Shown: positions 1 to 13,582, counted from the first letter of the whole stretch. The stretch: DNA of 63,677 nt, filler included, from Octopus bimaculoides (GCF_001194135.2; 7 parts of 6 records of this genome joined end to end with filler, not necessarily neighbours in it), one strand, 5' to 3'. Notes: generated by a model from the letters alone, not told the origin. Made by a program: numbers and translations.

Positions 1-51
<51 letters not shown>
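1..51. repeat. (TG)n microsatellite
   Basis: Perfect TG dinucleotide run at window start; one of many (CA/TG, TA, GA, TAA, TATC, GAA) microsatellites across the window. Confidence 0.98.
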
Positions 52-53
<2 letters not shown>

Positions 54-576
54 TTGACGTCATAAAAATTTATAAACTTTGTAGAGAACGTGAAATAATT
101 TCTTTTGGAAAGCAGTGGATCTCGAAGTAGATTAAGCTATAAATAGCATGTAAATATTAGATTTAAAACCCCTGCTGGGTAGAAAAAGTCGCCGCCTGCC
201 CGTGGGATTCGATCCTTTTTTCTATGTGTGTATGTGTGCGTTTATGTACCATTGCGATCCCCATGAGTTTAGAAGTATGAAGATAGCCACAATGGTGATA
301 TGTTTAAAACCCTTGATTTGTATTCGAACCTGGGCTAATCATTAACTCGACCAATTCTGTGGTTGATGGTTCACTTTTGTAGTTTTTTTTAAGAATAACA
401 ACAGGAAACGAGCTCATGGTCCTGTCACGTGCTTTACACCCTAAACGTTTTGTTGATTTAACTGATTTCACAATGAACTAATTTCTCAATGTTTCAGCTG
501 GGGACACATTTACAGAATTTTACCATTTCTATCTTAACCTCTGGGAATTGAAGTTTCTTTATTTTTGTTCATGTTA

Positions 577-577
<1 letters not shown>

Positions 578-632
<55 letters not shown>

Positions 633-633
633 G
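578..633. repeat. (ATT)n microsatellite
   Basis: Perfect trinucleotide run. Confidence 0.97.
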
Positions 634-1639
634 ATGGATGTCAGAATCGTTAGTGCTTCTTGGTTTTTAATTACATTCTTTAGCTTTTCGAATTAAAANN
701 NNNNNNNNNNNNNNNNNNNNNNNNNNNNNNNNNNNNNNNNNNNNNNNNNNNNNNNNNNNNNNNNNNNNNNNNNNNNNNNNNNNNNNNNNNNNNNNNNNNN
801 NNNNNNNNNNNNNNNNNNNNNNNNNNNNNNNNNNNNNNNNNNNNNNNNNNNNNNNNNNNNNNNNNNNNNNNNNNNNNNNNNNNNNNNNNNNNNNNNNNNN
901 NNNNNNNNNNNNNNNNNNNNNNNNNNNNNNNNNNNNNNNNNNNNNNNNNNNNNNNNNNNNNNNNNNNNNNNNNNNNNNNNNNNNNNNNNNNNNNNNNNNN
1001 NNNNNNNNNNNNNNNNNNNNNNNNNNNNNNNNNNNNNNNNNNNNNNNNNNNNNNNNNNNNNNNNNNNNNNNNNNNNNNNNNNNNNNNNNNNNNNNNNNNN
1101 NNNNNNNNNNNNNNNNNNNNNNNNNNNNNNNNNNNNNNNNNNNNNNNNNNNNNNNNNNNNNNNNNNNNNNNNNNNNNNNNNNNNNNNNNNNNNNNNNNNN
1201 NNNNNNNNNNNNNNNNNNNNNNNNNNNNNNNNNNNNNNNNNNNNNNNNNNNNNNNNNNNNNNNNNNNNNNNNNNNNNNNNNNNNNNNNNNNNNNNNNNNN
1301 NNNNNNNNNNNNNNNNNNNNNNNNNNNNNNNNNNNNNNNNNNNNNNNNNNNNNNNNNNNNNNNNNNNNNNNNNNNNNNNNNNNNNNNNNNNNNNNNNNNN
1401 NNNNNNNNNNNNNNNNNNNNNNNNNNNNNNNNNNNNNNNNNNNNNNNNNNNNNNNNNNNNNNNNNNNNNNNNNNNNNNNNNNNNNNNNNNNNNNNNNNNN
1501 NNNNNNNNNNNNNNNNNNNNNNNNNATATATATATATGTATATGTATATAAATATACATGCACACACACATGTATATGTAGATATATGATATGTCGAAAG
1601 TAATATTTAATAGAAAACAATAAAGTATTAAATATTATT

Positions 1640-2215
1640 ACATATTCTAATGTAACAGGCAACTCGACGGAAAGGCTGGAGGTGGAGAATGTAACGGATG
1701 TGTTACCATTGTTGGAACCATGGGTGTCGGCGACTGTAGGTGAAGGACAGAGAGAAATTGTAACAGAAAGGTTTTCTCCAAACGAAACCGCTCTAGTGTA
1801 ATCACAAAATTGCAAAAGTTAATAACACTCTGGGGATTTCGAACAAATGCCAAGCAGGTTTACGCCAAAGGAAAATAGACATCTGTGGGTTGTTGGCTGC
1901 GTCAGAAAGAAGGAGGCCTTGGTGTTATATTTGTGGTAATGCATGTCATCTGAAGGATTTCTGTTTTCTATTGAAGCATCAAATGTAACAATTGCAAGAC
2001 TAACCTTAATATTGATGGCCAATAACTCGGCAGCGGCAACAGCAACACTATGAAATTCAGTGATATGAGTAACCATGGGTAACCATGGGTAACCATACTG
2101 TAGCTACCACCGCTTGTACTGCGTCTGCAGCAGCAACCGACCATAATAAAAGGAGCAACTGTGACGGCGACGACACAACACATCCACTGAGAACAAATAA
2201 CCTTGACCACCATTA
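1640..2215 (+). mobile_element. Degraded gag/ORF1-like retroelement remnant with CCHC zinc knuckle
   Basis: + frame reads ERRRPWCYICGNACHLKDFC (CX2CX4HX4C at 1923-1964), then after a frameshift IKCNNCK. Several stops and a 10-bp tandem repeat (AACCATGGGT) disrupt it. Context resembles the GGPPLCFTCGERGH knuckle of the 35070-36416 ORF. Confidence 0.45.
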
Positions 2216-2987
2216 AATTGTAATTCTATCACAGAAATAATTAATGGGGAAAAATGAAATAACAAGAACATATGTAAATTATCTTTATCGTACTCAAAAC
2301 ATGGATTCCTAATAAAATATCGCCGTCAAACACATCAGCTGGAAATTTGAACGCCTTATCTTGTATCATTTAAGACAATAGCAAATACAGCTTTTAACGA
2401 AAATCGCAAATACACTAATCACAGACAGATAATAAAAGAATTCTTTGATTAAAAAAATGAATATTAAGGACACATGATCAGGAATTGGATTATCGTAATT
2501 TTCAATCTTCTAAGTCTCACATCCTGTTTAGTTTACTCTTTACAGCTTTATCACGACTCCACTTGAAGCACTTTATAAACATTCTCTTGTTTACAGAATG
2601 CGTTTCTCTATCACTGTAAACCTAAATATTACTATTGTAAACATAGTTAATGTTTAACATCTCCACAATAACTATCTAAGAATCTCTAAGCAGAGATTTA
2701 CTACCACAGTTGCTGATCCTAAGCTCTTATTAACTTGTAGTTGATTATAAAACAATCGTCACGAGATTAAGCTGGTTTACATAATAAAGATTATATTGTG
2801 TGGAGTGTAACTTTGGTCTCCTTTGGCAAAGCTGTGCCACTTTATTTCTGTAACAATGTGCAGAAGGTGTTTAGCCTAATTCAGTAAATTCATATCATAT
2901 TTTCTGCTTTGTTTTTAAAGTAAATAAGTCAAAATTCCCTCGTTAAGGGAAGTATGATATTATATAATATCATATATGTGGTCTGAT

Positions 2988-3047
<60 letters not shown>

Positions 3048-4880
3048 CGGCGTACGTACACGTTGGTCTCTTATATGTATGTATATATTTATCTAAATCT
3101 TGTACGACTCTATTCTTTCTTTCTATCAGCCCTTTCACGCTTATTCGTTCATCCCACTCTTCGTTCTTTCGTTCCCCCTCTCTCACATTTCCCTGCCTTA
3201 TCTTCTTGCTCACTTTCCCTCCTCTCTTCACTTCACTGTGTCCCTGACATTTTTTCTCGCCCCTCCTTAATTCTTCTGTCCCTCTGCCTCTACCTCTCTC
3301 TTTTCTCCCCACGTGACCGGTGTTCGGCCAAACCTGAGGTTTCTTCTTAGTTCGGCCGTCGTCCGTGCAACATCTATATTCCTCCCTGTGCCTGTGAAAT
3401 CTTGTATCCCTGCTGTAAGGCTTTATTTCCACACACGCCCATACACATCCTTTAAGATGATAAATAAAAAATTTGGAAAAAGCTTGTTTCCTGAATTGAA
3501 TAAATCTGCTGTTCGATTTATTCAATGCGTATCTGCTGTGTGTGTGTGTGTGTGTGTGTGCGTGTGTGTGTGGATTGAAGAAGTTTAGAGCCAACTCATT
3601 GACACACAGGCAAGAAAGGTCAAGTAACATTGATCCATAATCCAGTCCTCTAGAAGATTTATCACTTTGCTATTTTGGGTTAGACGTGTGAAAACGTGAA
3701 AACATTGTTAATCTTACCGAAATCTCTACGGAGGCCCATATATCAGACTTGTGTCGGAAATTTAAATTTCAGAGATAGATATATTAAGCAGACCCTGGCA
3801 TAAGTTTATAAAAATAATTCAGTTAAACATTCGAGTCTTGAAATCTAATCTAAACGTCAAAAATTCATTAAAGTTGGATTAAGCTGACAAAATATTCAAG
3901 AATTAAGCAATGTTTATATATGGCGGGTATCGGTTTCTATATAAATGATGCAATAGTCATTTGAATGCAGACCCTACAGAATTCTAATTTATTTGAAAAT
4001 CACATTAGTTTTATGACTTTGTCTATCTACAGTAATAAATAGTCTGCGATAAACTTATAACGGCAACGAATAAATATAATATGAAAATAAAAATATAAAG
4101 AAACGAAACCTAATTGAACTTACGGTTTTACGCCTAAGGGTTGTGTATCAAACTATAGACTGTTAAACCCCTTGGGGGCTCGAATTAGAACAAAATCTAA
4201 CATGCATGTCGTATGTGTATCAGATGTTCAATAGCGTCATCGAAAAAAAAGAAAAAAGGAATAAAATGGCTGAGTTGACCAGGTAACAGAATACTTGCTC
4301 AAAGATAATGTTTTCAAATATTCAACGGACGTTGCATTCTTTTTCTTGGCTGACCCTTTATTCTGAATGAATTAATTTCATCGAGTTGTCGGGAAAAGAT
4401 TGAAAATCATAGGTGCTGCATATAACGGTATATTTATTTAATCCTCATTCACTTAACTAGAACTAAACACTAGGGCTTCATTTCCCCCCTCCCCACTTAT
4501 TCGTCATGTTAACGGAAGAAACTCAAAAGTCTGTTGGTGAACAAGAATCATTCAGGTACATTCCAAATAAAATGACATTACCATGCAAGAAATTTATCCG
4601 GCTTTGGCTGAAATCTTTCCAAGACAGGTCTGGAAAGTAAAATATTATTACAAATCTACTGAATGTATATAACATTAGAAATAACGGCATCACTAACAGA
4701 TCAAGCGATGATGTTTATTATATTTGAGTAACAGCCGCCATTATTGTTTTTACAGAAGATAGCCATATCGAAATTCGAAATGGCGACAGGGTTATGTTTA
4801 CTGAATTATTTATAAATTTTCTCTTTAGAGAACCGCAAAAACGTTTGCAGGTACCAACAAAATCACAAACGTACCAACAC

Positions 4881-4998
<118 letters not shown>

Positions 4999-5469
4999 GC
5001 GCATGCATATGAATATGAACGTGTATACGTTTCCAATATGTGCGTATGTGTTTGTGTGTGTGTGTCTGTATGCGTGTGTATGTGTGTAGGCATGTATATG
5101 AGTGTGTGAGTGTATATGCGTGTTTGTGAGTGATGCAAATAGCAGGAGTGAATGATAAAGAAGTTCGGTTTTCTATCACAAGATCATGAGTTCGAACTCG
5201 TTGTTTGGCTTTTTTTATTTTTTTACCATAGACTCGGGTCGACTCATGCAGACGAACACTAAACGAAATTTCCCCGAGAAAGTCTTCAAGCGCAAATTCT
5301 TGCCTGAATAAGACCTATCGTGAGTGAAATTGGGTTTACGGAAACTGTGCGGAAGCCTATCGGATAGATTGTATCTAGAATTCAAAGCTCCAGCTAGTTT
5401 CTGAGACTAGTTTCTGAGTCATTGCTTGTCAAAGGCAGACAGACATCGACAGCTAGCAAGCCATGCAAC

Positions 5470-5512
5470 TCCAGACTGATGACGAGCAAAGACTCAGAAA
5501 CATGTCTCTGGA
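5470..5512 (+). ncRNA. Minimal type I hammerhead ribozyme motif (Penelope/retrozyme-like)
   Basis: TCCAGA-CTGATGA-CGAG-CAAAGA-CTCA-GAAA-C-AT-GTC-TCTGGA: 6-bp stem I, intact core, GAG/CTC stem II, palindromic ACATGT stem III, GTC cleavage triplet. Confidence 0.8.
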
Positions 5513-6339
5513 TGCAGGCTTAGCTAAGTGGAGGTGCTTATCTCCCCCTTGTAAACATAAGGACACAGGAAATGTGTCAAGGCCGACAGGAAGCATTGCT
5601 TCCTAGGGCTCAATAGCAGTAATATCATTCCCTTTCATGGGACTGTCACATTAAGTTGACAGTATACAACTACTTTATCGTGTTGCTACTGTATAAATCT
5701 CTGAGAGATTTAGAAATGTATTATTTCTATATTAAATACATGTATACATATATATTATACATACATATTATACATATTATACATATTATACATACATACA
5801 TACATATTATACATACATATATATTATATACATAATATACATGCTGGCAATTTATCATTGCTTATTATTACCATTCACATTGTCTTCACTGGACTCACTC
5901 AAACCACTACTACCACTTCATCCTTCCTAAAATGTCTTTCCTTCCATAATTTCTCTGCAGGTGTCGTCTTCAAGAGACGCATTAACCACGCCCGTCTCTT
6001 CAATCTCAGTAGATCTACGAAGACCATTGGTGTAGCACCTTCCTCCAAATCAATTCAGTTTAACATAATATGGTGCTGACAGGATAACCAGCATCTGTTC
6101 GCAAAACACCAGTGTCCCAGAATTCCTTGCACCAATGAGCCGAGTATGATATGATTGCATTGTTGTCATAAAAAGGAAAAGTTGTTCTCCTTTGACGCAT
6201 GCAACAGTGACTAGCGTATTTGCGTTCGAATCTGGCGGAACGTATTTAGCATAAATATGCAAACAATCAATTCATATCTTCTCAAGACTTAATTTGGCAG
6301 CCAATCGAGCCATCCCTCTTGGCTCAGCCCTCTAAACGG

Positions 6340-6575
6340 AAAGCAGCTCGAATTCATATTGGTTTCAAATTTTAGCACAAGGCCTGCAAGTTCGGGGTGA
6401 AGGGGTAAGTCGATTACTTTGACCCCAGTGCGCAACTGGTATTTATTTTATCGACTCCGAAGGAATGAAAGGTAAAGCTGACCTCGGCGGAATTTGAACT
6501 CAGAAACGTAATAAGCGGACAAAATGCTGCCGAGCATCTTGCCCAACGTTCTAACGATTCTGCCATTTTGCCTCC
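6340..6575 (-). mobile_element. tRNA-derived SINE (family A)
   Basis: Matches the recurrent repeat ...gacctcggcggaatttgaactcagaa..., which reads GAGTTCAAATTCC (B-box-like) on the - strand. Confidence 0.85.
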
Positions 6576-8531
6576 TTGACTCGTATTTATATTAAAGAGG
6601 ANNNNNNNNNNNNNNNNNNNNNNNNNNNNNNNNNNNNNNNNNNNNNNNNNNNNNNNNNNNNNNNNNNNNNNNNNNNNNNNNNNNNNNNNNNNNNNNNNNN
6701 NNNNNNNNNAGAGAGAGAGAGAGAGAGAGAGAGAGTGAGAGAGAGAGGGGGGGGAGAATGGGCGAAAAATTGCGTCAAGTAGTGTAATATTTAGGAATTT
6801 GTGATATTAGAAAGCAAAGCATAATTAGAATGAGAAATGTAAGTGTTTTGAATGCGAGATGTCATAGAGTTTGCAAAAATGAAACCCTCGGAGGGGTGAT
6901 AGGTTAGGATAAAAAGTAGGGCAGTTTCTTATATAATAAAAGTGGTAAAGTTCCCACATGTAAGGAAAAGGATCAGTAAAAAAGACAAAAAAAGAAGGGA
7001 ATCTTGGTCGGAGAATGGCCGTGTAAAACATTAACGAAGAACTAAAACAAAACGAAGCAGATGAGAAGCGTAGTGTATGTGATAAGATAAAGTTTAAGGG
7101 TTTTGGAATGGAGATGTAATAGGGACAGGAAAGAAAAAAAAGGGGCCGGACGTCTTGGGAATAACAGACAGCTTGGGAAAGGGAGACTGACAGGTGCAAT
7201 TAGGTTGTGTAAGGGGTACTGGGATGGCATTAGGGGCCTCTGAAAAGCGACGTTAATTGCAGCAGCAGCAACAACAACGTCAGTGGTAGTAGCTCCAGGA
7301 ATGATGCCACCACCACCACCGCCACCACCACCACCACCACTATCACAACAACAACAGCATCAACAACAGCAACGGTAGCAAAAATATTGGCAATAACAAA
7401 CGATAAGGTCGGCCAAACTAAAAGCATGTCCACAGATCGTGGGTTAACCGGTTCGAGGTTATCAGCCGGTTAATATTTTTATTTTCTTCCTTGGTTGTAA
7501 ATATTTAATTCCAAGCTTCTATGGAAATGGTGGCAGACTTTATAGTTTTCCACTTAAATATCCGTAGACCTATTGCTTCCTAATCTTTTCCTTCTCTTAA
7601 AACCTCCAATTCCTTTTCCTAACAATTCTAATTATTCTCGCTCTGTCTGTCTGTCTGTCTCTCGCTCAATCTCTCCGTGTCTCGTTTCATGTAAAAAATA
7701 ATAATAAACATATACTTGCTTGCCGTGTTAGAAAACAAAATGACAGCATAGGCTAACTTGCTCCTGTGTATATACTATTTCTGGGAGTAAGACGGGATGG
7801 CTACGGCTGGAATGTGTTTTATTATAGGACTGATCTAAGATTAATCAAGAAAGCCACCACCGCTACCACCTACTTCACCGACAAGTACAACCACGACCAC
7901 CACGACTAACCCTAACCACTACAAACACAAACATTTTGTATTGCACCTCCATCATAAACGTAATCACCAACCCCACCCCGACCACCACGACAGCCACGAT
8001 CATCACTGCTACCGCTAACACCACAACCACCACCCTCTCCAACACCATCGCCACTATGACCATCACGACGACAATGAATACCACCACCACACCACCACCA
8101 CCACCATTGAATTGTCTTTGAACCTTAAAAGCCTCGATTCAGTTATCAAAACAAGACAAAGTGCTACGGCAGGAAACTTGCTCCAGTGTGCCGTGGCTGT
8201 TGCTGACGTAAGCCTGTTGATGCCATAAAGCTTTCTTTTATAAAAACCACGGCCCTCTTCCGACAGCCTTCTCTCGGGAGACCAAACTCAGCGACAATAG
8301 TTATATTGTAGGAGATATTTAAATGAAATGCAACGTGGGCTATGTATGCGCGTGTGTGCGTGAGTGTGTGTGTGTGTGTGCGTTTGTGTGTGTGTGTGTG
8401 CGTACGTGTGTGTGTGTGTGTATGCATGCGTGAGAACACGTTTCTGCAAAGTTGTGTGTAGTTAATGGATCAATGTGCCTAAATATCTTTCCATTTTGCT
8501 CTCTCTGCGTTTATATACATACATACATACA

Positions 8532-8609
<78 letters not shown>

Positions 8610-8699
8610 CTGTGTATGAGAGAGAGAGAGAGACTCATGTACATTCATATATACATAAGTGTGTGTCTATATATATATATACATATATATATGGTGGTT

Positions 8700-8946
8700 G
8701 TCTACTCCTTAAACAGAGTCTGACCACCTCCTGCACCTACACCTTAGCCCCTTCATGGCGTCTGATGTGGCTTTTTAAACCAGACAGTGTTTTGAAAAAA
8801 CACCCACACAGATTGCACCTCTGATTTGCACTACCAATACCTGCAAGTAAGTTCTGCTCATTGTGGATCCTAACATGTCTTTTAAGACCCCCATTGGATT
8901 TGCAAACCCTCTGGCACACACCACATTCAAACGTGTGCACAGACAT
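8700..8946 (-). mobile_element. 3' end of an RTE-like LINE ORF2 carrying two C2H2 zinc fingers
   Basis: FECGVCQRVCKSNGGLKRHVRIH and RCNLCGCFFKTLSGLKSHIRRH with no TGEKP linker; stop, short tail and (TA)n follow; the 5' side runs into a gap. Confidence 0.55.
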
Positions 8947-9053
8947 ATAATCANNNNNNNNNNNNNNNNNNNNNNNNNNNNNNNNNNNNNNNNNNNNTTA
9001 ATTAATTAANNNNNNNNNNNNNNNNNNNNNNNNNNNNNNNNNNNNNNNNNNNN

Positions 9054-9111
<58 letters not shown>

Positions 9112-9433
9112 CGAGAGAGAGAGAGCGAGAGAGAGAGAGAAAGAGCGAGAGAAAAAGAGAGAGGAATAGAGAAAGTGATTTATACATACCTTTTTTTAAT
9201 ATTTGTTTTAGTCCTCTGACTGCGGCCATGCAGGAGCAACACATTGAAGATTTCATTCGAACAAATCGACCAAATCGACCCCAGTACTAAATATAAATGT
9301 ATGTGCGTGTGTGCGCATGTAGAAACACACACACACACACACATATGTGTACATATATATGTTTCTACATTATATATAAGTAAACGCCACGCATTATACG
9401 AATACGTATATATGCATTCGTACAATACGTGTC

Positions 9434-9473
<40 letters not shown>

Positions 9474-9837
9474 NNNNNNNNNNTATATATATGTATACGT
9501 GTGTGTGTATGTATATATGTGCATTTGTGCATGATTCTTCGTGTATGTGTGTGCATATGAGTAAAGTTGAAGTGAGGTCATATGAGATTCGACCTTAATT
9601 GGTGACCTTAAAAGAAAAGAATGCGAAATGAAACGGTAGAAAGGTCATCGAGTCGGTGAGGTCAGGAGAGACACTGTAGTAGCACCGTTTCTAAAAATGG
9701 ATCAGAGAAACGGCAGAAGACTTGATGAACCTCTAAATAAGAGAAGGACAATTAATATAAGAAAGTGTAATAATGAACGTACCTAGGGTTGTACTATGAA
9801 TTACTTATATATAGACGGAAACTGAATGAAGCCCGTC

Positions 9838-9898
<61 letters not shown>

Positions 9899-9958
9899 CA
9901 CATATATATATGCATATATATATATACATACATGCATTCATGCATACATATATATCTA

Positions 9959-10006
<48 letters not shown>

Positions 10007-10007
10007 A

Positions 10008-10039
<32 letters not shown>

Positions 10040-10042
10040 GTC

Positions 10043-10076
<34 letters not shown>

Positions 10077-10218
10077 CGTCTGTGTTTGTCCGCCCAACAT
10101 AGCACTTGTATGCTATGTACTTCATAAGCATACAAGTGTTTCTGCTATACGATATACTGAACTCATGCTTGTATATATATTTATATTAATGGAAGTATAA
10201 ACGTTATATATCCTTTAT

Positions 10219-10302
10219 GACCGATCTCACCAATCGGTTTCGCGCTAAGGATTCACCGTAGTGTTAGATAATAGTCCGATCATGTAAGCCTGCGCTCATC
10301 AG
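10219..10302 (-). ncRNA. Hammerhead ribozyme core with closed stem III, stem I unpaired
   Basis: - strand: CTGATGA-GCGC...GCGC-GAAA-CCGAT-TGGTGAG-ATCGG-TC; canonical core, G-C closed stem II, GTC triplet. Confidence 0.7.
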
Positions 10303-10477
10303 TGGTTGCCATTATGAAATGAAATATGGAGACTGCGATCTATTGTTGGAGATCAATGGACACATCCGGTTTGCTGTGAAAAAGATGATGAAACGAATCG
10401 AGTAGGGGATTGAGTTAAAAGTTAAGAATCATATATCTGTGTGTGTGATTGTGTGCGTGTGTGTGCGTGGATGCGTG

Positions 10478-10520
<43 letters not shown>

Positions 10521-10540
10521 ATCTATCTATCTATCTATTT

Positions 10541-10620
<80 letters not shown>

Positions 10621-10669
10621 GATATAGAGGTTATGAGCGATAGTGGTGTCGATTAGACCCAGAGGTAGT

Positions 10670-11065
10670 CATTAGACAGCAGCCATGCTGGGGCAGCGGC
10701 TTGAAGAACTTTTAGTTGAATGAATCGAACCCAGGCCTTATATTCTTTTAAAGTCTGGTACTTATTCTCTCGAGTTCTTTTGCCGAGCCACTAAGTAACG
10801 TAGACGTAAACAAACCAACAATGATTGTCAAGTGCTGGTGGGTGACAAACAAACACACAAAATCACACACTCACTCTCACACACATAGACACACGCACAG
10901 ATATACACACACACTCATATGTATATACAACGGCTTTCTTACAGTTTCGATCTACCAAATCCACACACAAGGCTCTAGTCGGACCGAAGCAATAGTGGAA
11001 GATATTTCCATGCAGTGGGACTGAACCCGGCACCATGTGGTTGGGGTGCAAATTTCGTGCCTCAC
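10670..11065 (-). mobile_element. Composite tRNA-derived SINE (family B)
   Basis: Contains cagtgggactgaacccgg-accatgtggttgg and tctaccaaatccacacacaaggc, shared with copies at 33620, 53750 and 61490. Confidence 0.8.
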
Positions 11066-11136
11066 AGCCTATGGAATTAAATTATCTGACAGTGAGTTCT
11101 CTTGGTGGCAGCAGTATGTATGTTCCTGTTTTCTAG

Positions 11137-11207
11137 TTAAAGTGTATAAGGGATGTAATAAATGTACAATTTGTCAAACTGATAAAGATAGATGTTGCAC
11201 GCTATGG
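11137..11207 (+). CDS. Candidate Cys-rich exon (VKVYKGCNKCTICQTDKDRCCTLW), possibly upstream part of the EGF gene
   Basis: Acceptor cctgttttctag, donor GG|gtgagt; open from phase 1 to phase 0; five Cys; no family recognised. Confidence 0.35.
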
Positions 11208-11590
11208 GTGAGTAATGCAAGGCCATGTTGAGAATATTCCAGGTCGTACTAGACAAATCATTACACTGGCTTCGAAGTATCCAGAGAAAATGCAACAGTG
11301 AAGCGAAATCTTTCCGTCAATTGAGCTGAGGTTGTGTATATACTGAGTGAGCCATCGCTTGGAATCTTTGGTTATGTTACCTGTGTAGCTCCTGGAGATA
11401 TAATCAGACAGCAGAAGCGTCACCTTATGGACTGGTGCCATGGAAAAACAGAACCGCTTCACTGATTCTGCGTTTCCATGCCAGTGGTCTGTAGAGGAGT
11501 TATTATATCAAGCAAGCGATAAAATAATACTTTGGTGTCAGTGAAACATTTAGTAATGTAGACCTGAGTCAACTTCTAAATCATGCAAGC

Positions 11591-11638
<48 letters not shown>

Positions 11639-11794
11639 NNNNNNNNNNNNNNNNNNNNNNNNNNNNNNNNNNNNNNNNNNNNNNNNNNNNNNNNNNNNNN
11701 NNNNNNNNNNNNNNNNNNNNNNNNNNNNNNNNNNNNNNNNNNNNNNNNNNNNNNNNNNNNNNNNNNNNNNNNNNNNNNNNNNNNNNNNNNNNNN

Positions 11795-11849
<55 letters not shown>

Positions 11850-12031
11850 AATGTACGTATATATACATATTCCTATATAGATACGTAAACGTAAATATAT
11901 ACCCATATATAGATCTCTATACGTACATGCATACACACACACACACAAACTCATGCACATACTCACAGACATGTATATATACATGTGTGTGTGTGTGTGT
12001 ATGCATCTATCTCCTTTTCTCTCTCTCTCTC

Positions 12032-12062
<31 letters not shown>

Positions 12063-12500
12063 NNNNNNNNNNNNNNNNNNNNNNNNNNNNNNNNNNNNNN
12101 NNNNNNNNNNNNNNNNNNNNNNNNNNNNNNNNNNNNNNNNNNNNNNNNNNNNNNNNNNNNNNNNNNNNNNNNNNNNNNNNNNNNNNNNNNNNNNNNNNNN
12201 NNNNNNNNNNNNNNNNNNNNNNNNNNNNNNNNNNNNNNNNNNNNNNNNNNNNNNNNNNNNNNNNNNNNNNNNNNNNNNNNNNNNNNNNNNNNNNNNNNNN
12301 NNNNNNNNNNNNNNNNNNNNNNNNNNNNNNNNNNNNNNNNNNNNNNNNNNNNNNNNNNNNNNNNNNNNNNNNNNNNNNNNNNNNNNNNNNNNNNNNNNNN
12401 NNNNNNNNNNNNNNNNNNNNNNNNNNNNNNNNNNNNNNNNNNNNNNNNNNNNNNNNNNNNNNNNNNNNNNNNNNNNNNNNNNNNNNNNNNNNNNNNNNNN

Positions 12501-12581
<81 letters not shown>

Positions 12582-12951
12582 GCGCGTGTGCTTGGGTTTA
12601 TATTTGTATAGATTTAGTATTTCAACTCTATGAATTTATGACTATGCGAGTGTGTATGTATGTGTATATATATGTGCGCGCGCAAACACATATGTGTTCA
12701 TATATATGTATATATACATCTCTCTCTCCTTCCCTGTCTTTATCTCTATCTATCTTTCTATTTATCCATCTATCGATATTTCTATACATACACACACACA
12801 TATATATTCGTATATATGAATGTGTGAATGTGTGTGACTTTGTAAATTAGTAACGAATGATAAACCAGCATATATATATGTATATATGTATATGTATGTA
12901 AATATACATGCATATATAATATGTACATACACATATATATATGTATGTATG

Positions 12952-13004
<53 letters not shown>

Positions 13005-13427
13005 CTACTTTACTAAACAAAACTGTCTGACGAATGGAAACATGAAACTCTGAGTAACAGTTTTTGTGATATTTTTGCTGCTTTTTAATAAAGCATATTA
13101 CTCTACCTCTGGTATTCAAGTACTATTTTCTCCACCTTGTTTCGCATTTATGTACTTACTCCGGTATATATATGTATATATATACGCGCGCGCACGTGTG
13201 CGTTTCGTTGTCCAACGAGTTTCTCTGTGTGCTTGTGAAGAGAGAAGTCGCTGTGACTGCGTAAGTTATAAGGTCGTGTGGTTGTCTCTGACTTGGTCTT
13301 TGGGTTTGCAGATATAAAGGTGTGTATATGAATGTATACGTGCATGTGCGTCACTGTGATATTGAAGGCTCCTATGCGTTTTATACTACATGTGTGCGCA
13401 TGTGCGCGAGTATGTGCGTATGTGTGT

Positions 13428-13461
<34 letters not shown>

Positions 13462-13544
13462 TCATTTATGTCTCATTCAGTCGGACTTACGACAAGATTC
13501 CATTTCGCGTACTTTTTCCAGGAAAAGACACTCATACAATCAAC

Positions 13545-13582
<38 letters not shown>

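Noticed and set aside
170-215. tRNA-like B-box followed by a T-run on the - strand
   Set aside because: No A-box or cloverleaf recoverable; at most a SINE fragment, and no genuine tRNA gene was found in the window
667-1815. Long ORFs spanning N gaps (also 11591-12850, 25204-26523, 28130-29215, 31580-32454, 37294-38708)
   Set aside because: Open only because N codons contain no stops
1819-2213. Minus-strand ORFs apparently joined by a stop read-through and a 10-bp repeat
   Set aside because: No recognisable motif; the opposite strand carries a CCHC knuckle that explains the region better
7230-8121. Thr/Val-rich mucin-like ORFs
   Set aside because: Decayed (ACC/AAC)n microsatellites; no splice signals or domain
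8998-9009. TTAATTAATTAA palindrome, also at 16945, 24091, 39590, 47702 and 61976
   Set aside because: Always centred in N-runs and has stops in all six frames; an artificial scaffold linker, not biology
11093-11113. 21-nt micro-exon in front of the 11137 candidate
   Set aside because: Would need a 23-nt intron, too short for an animal spliceosomal intron
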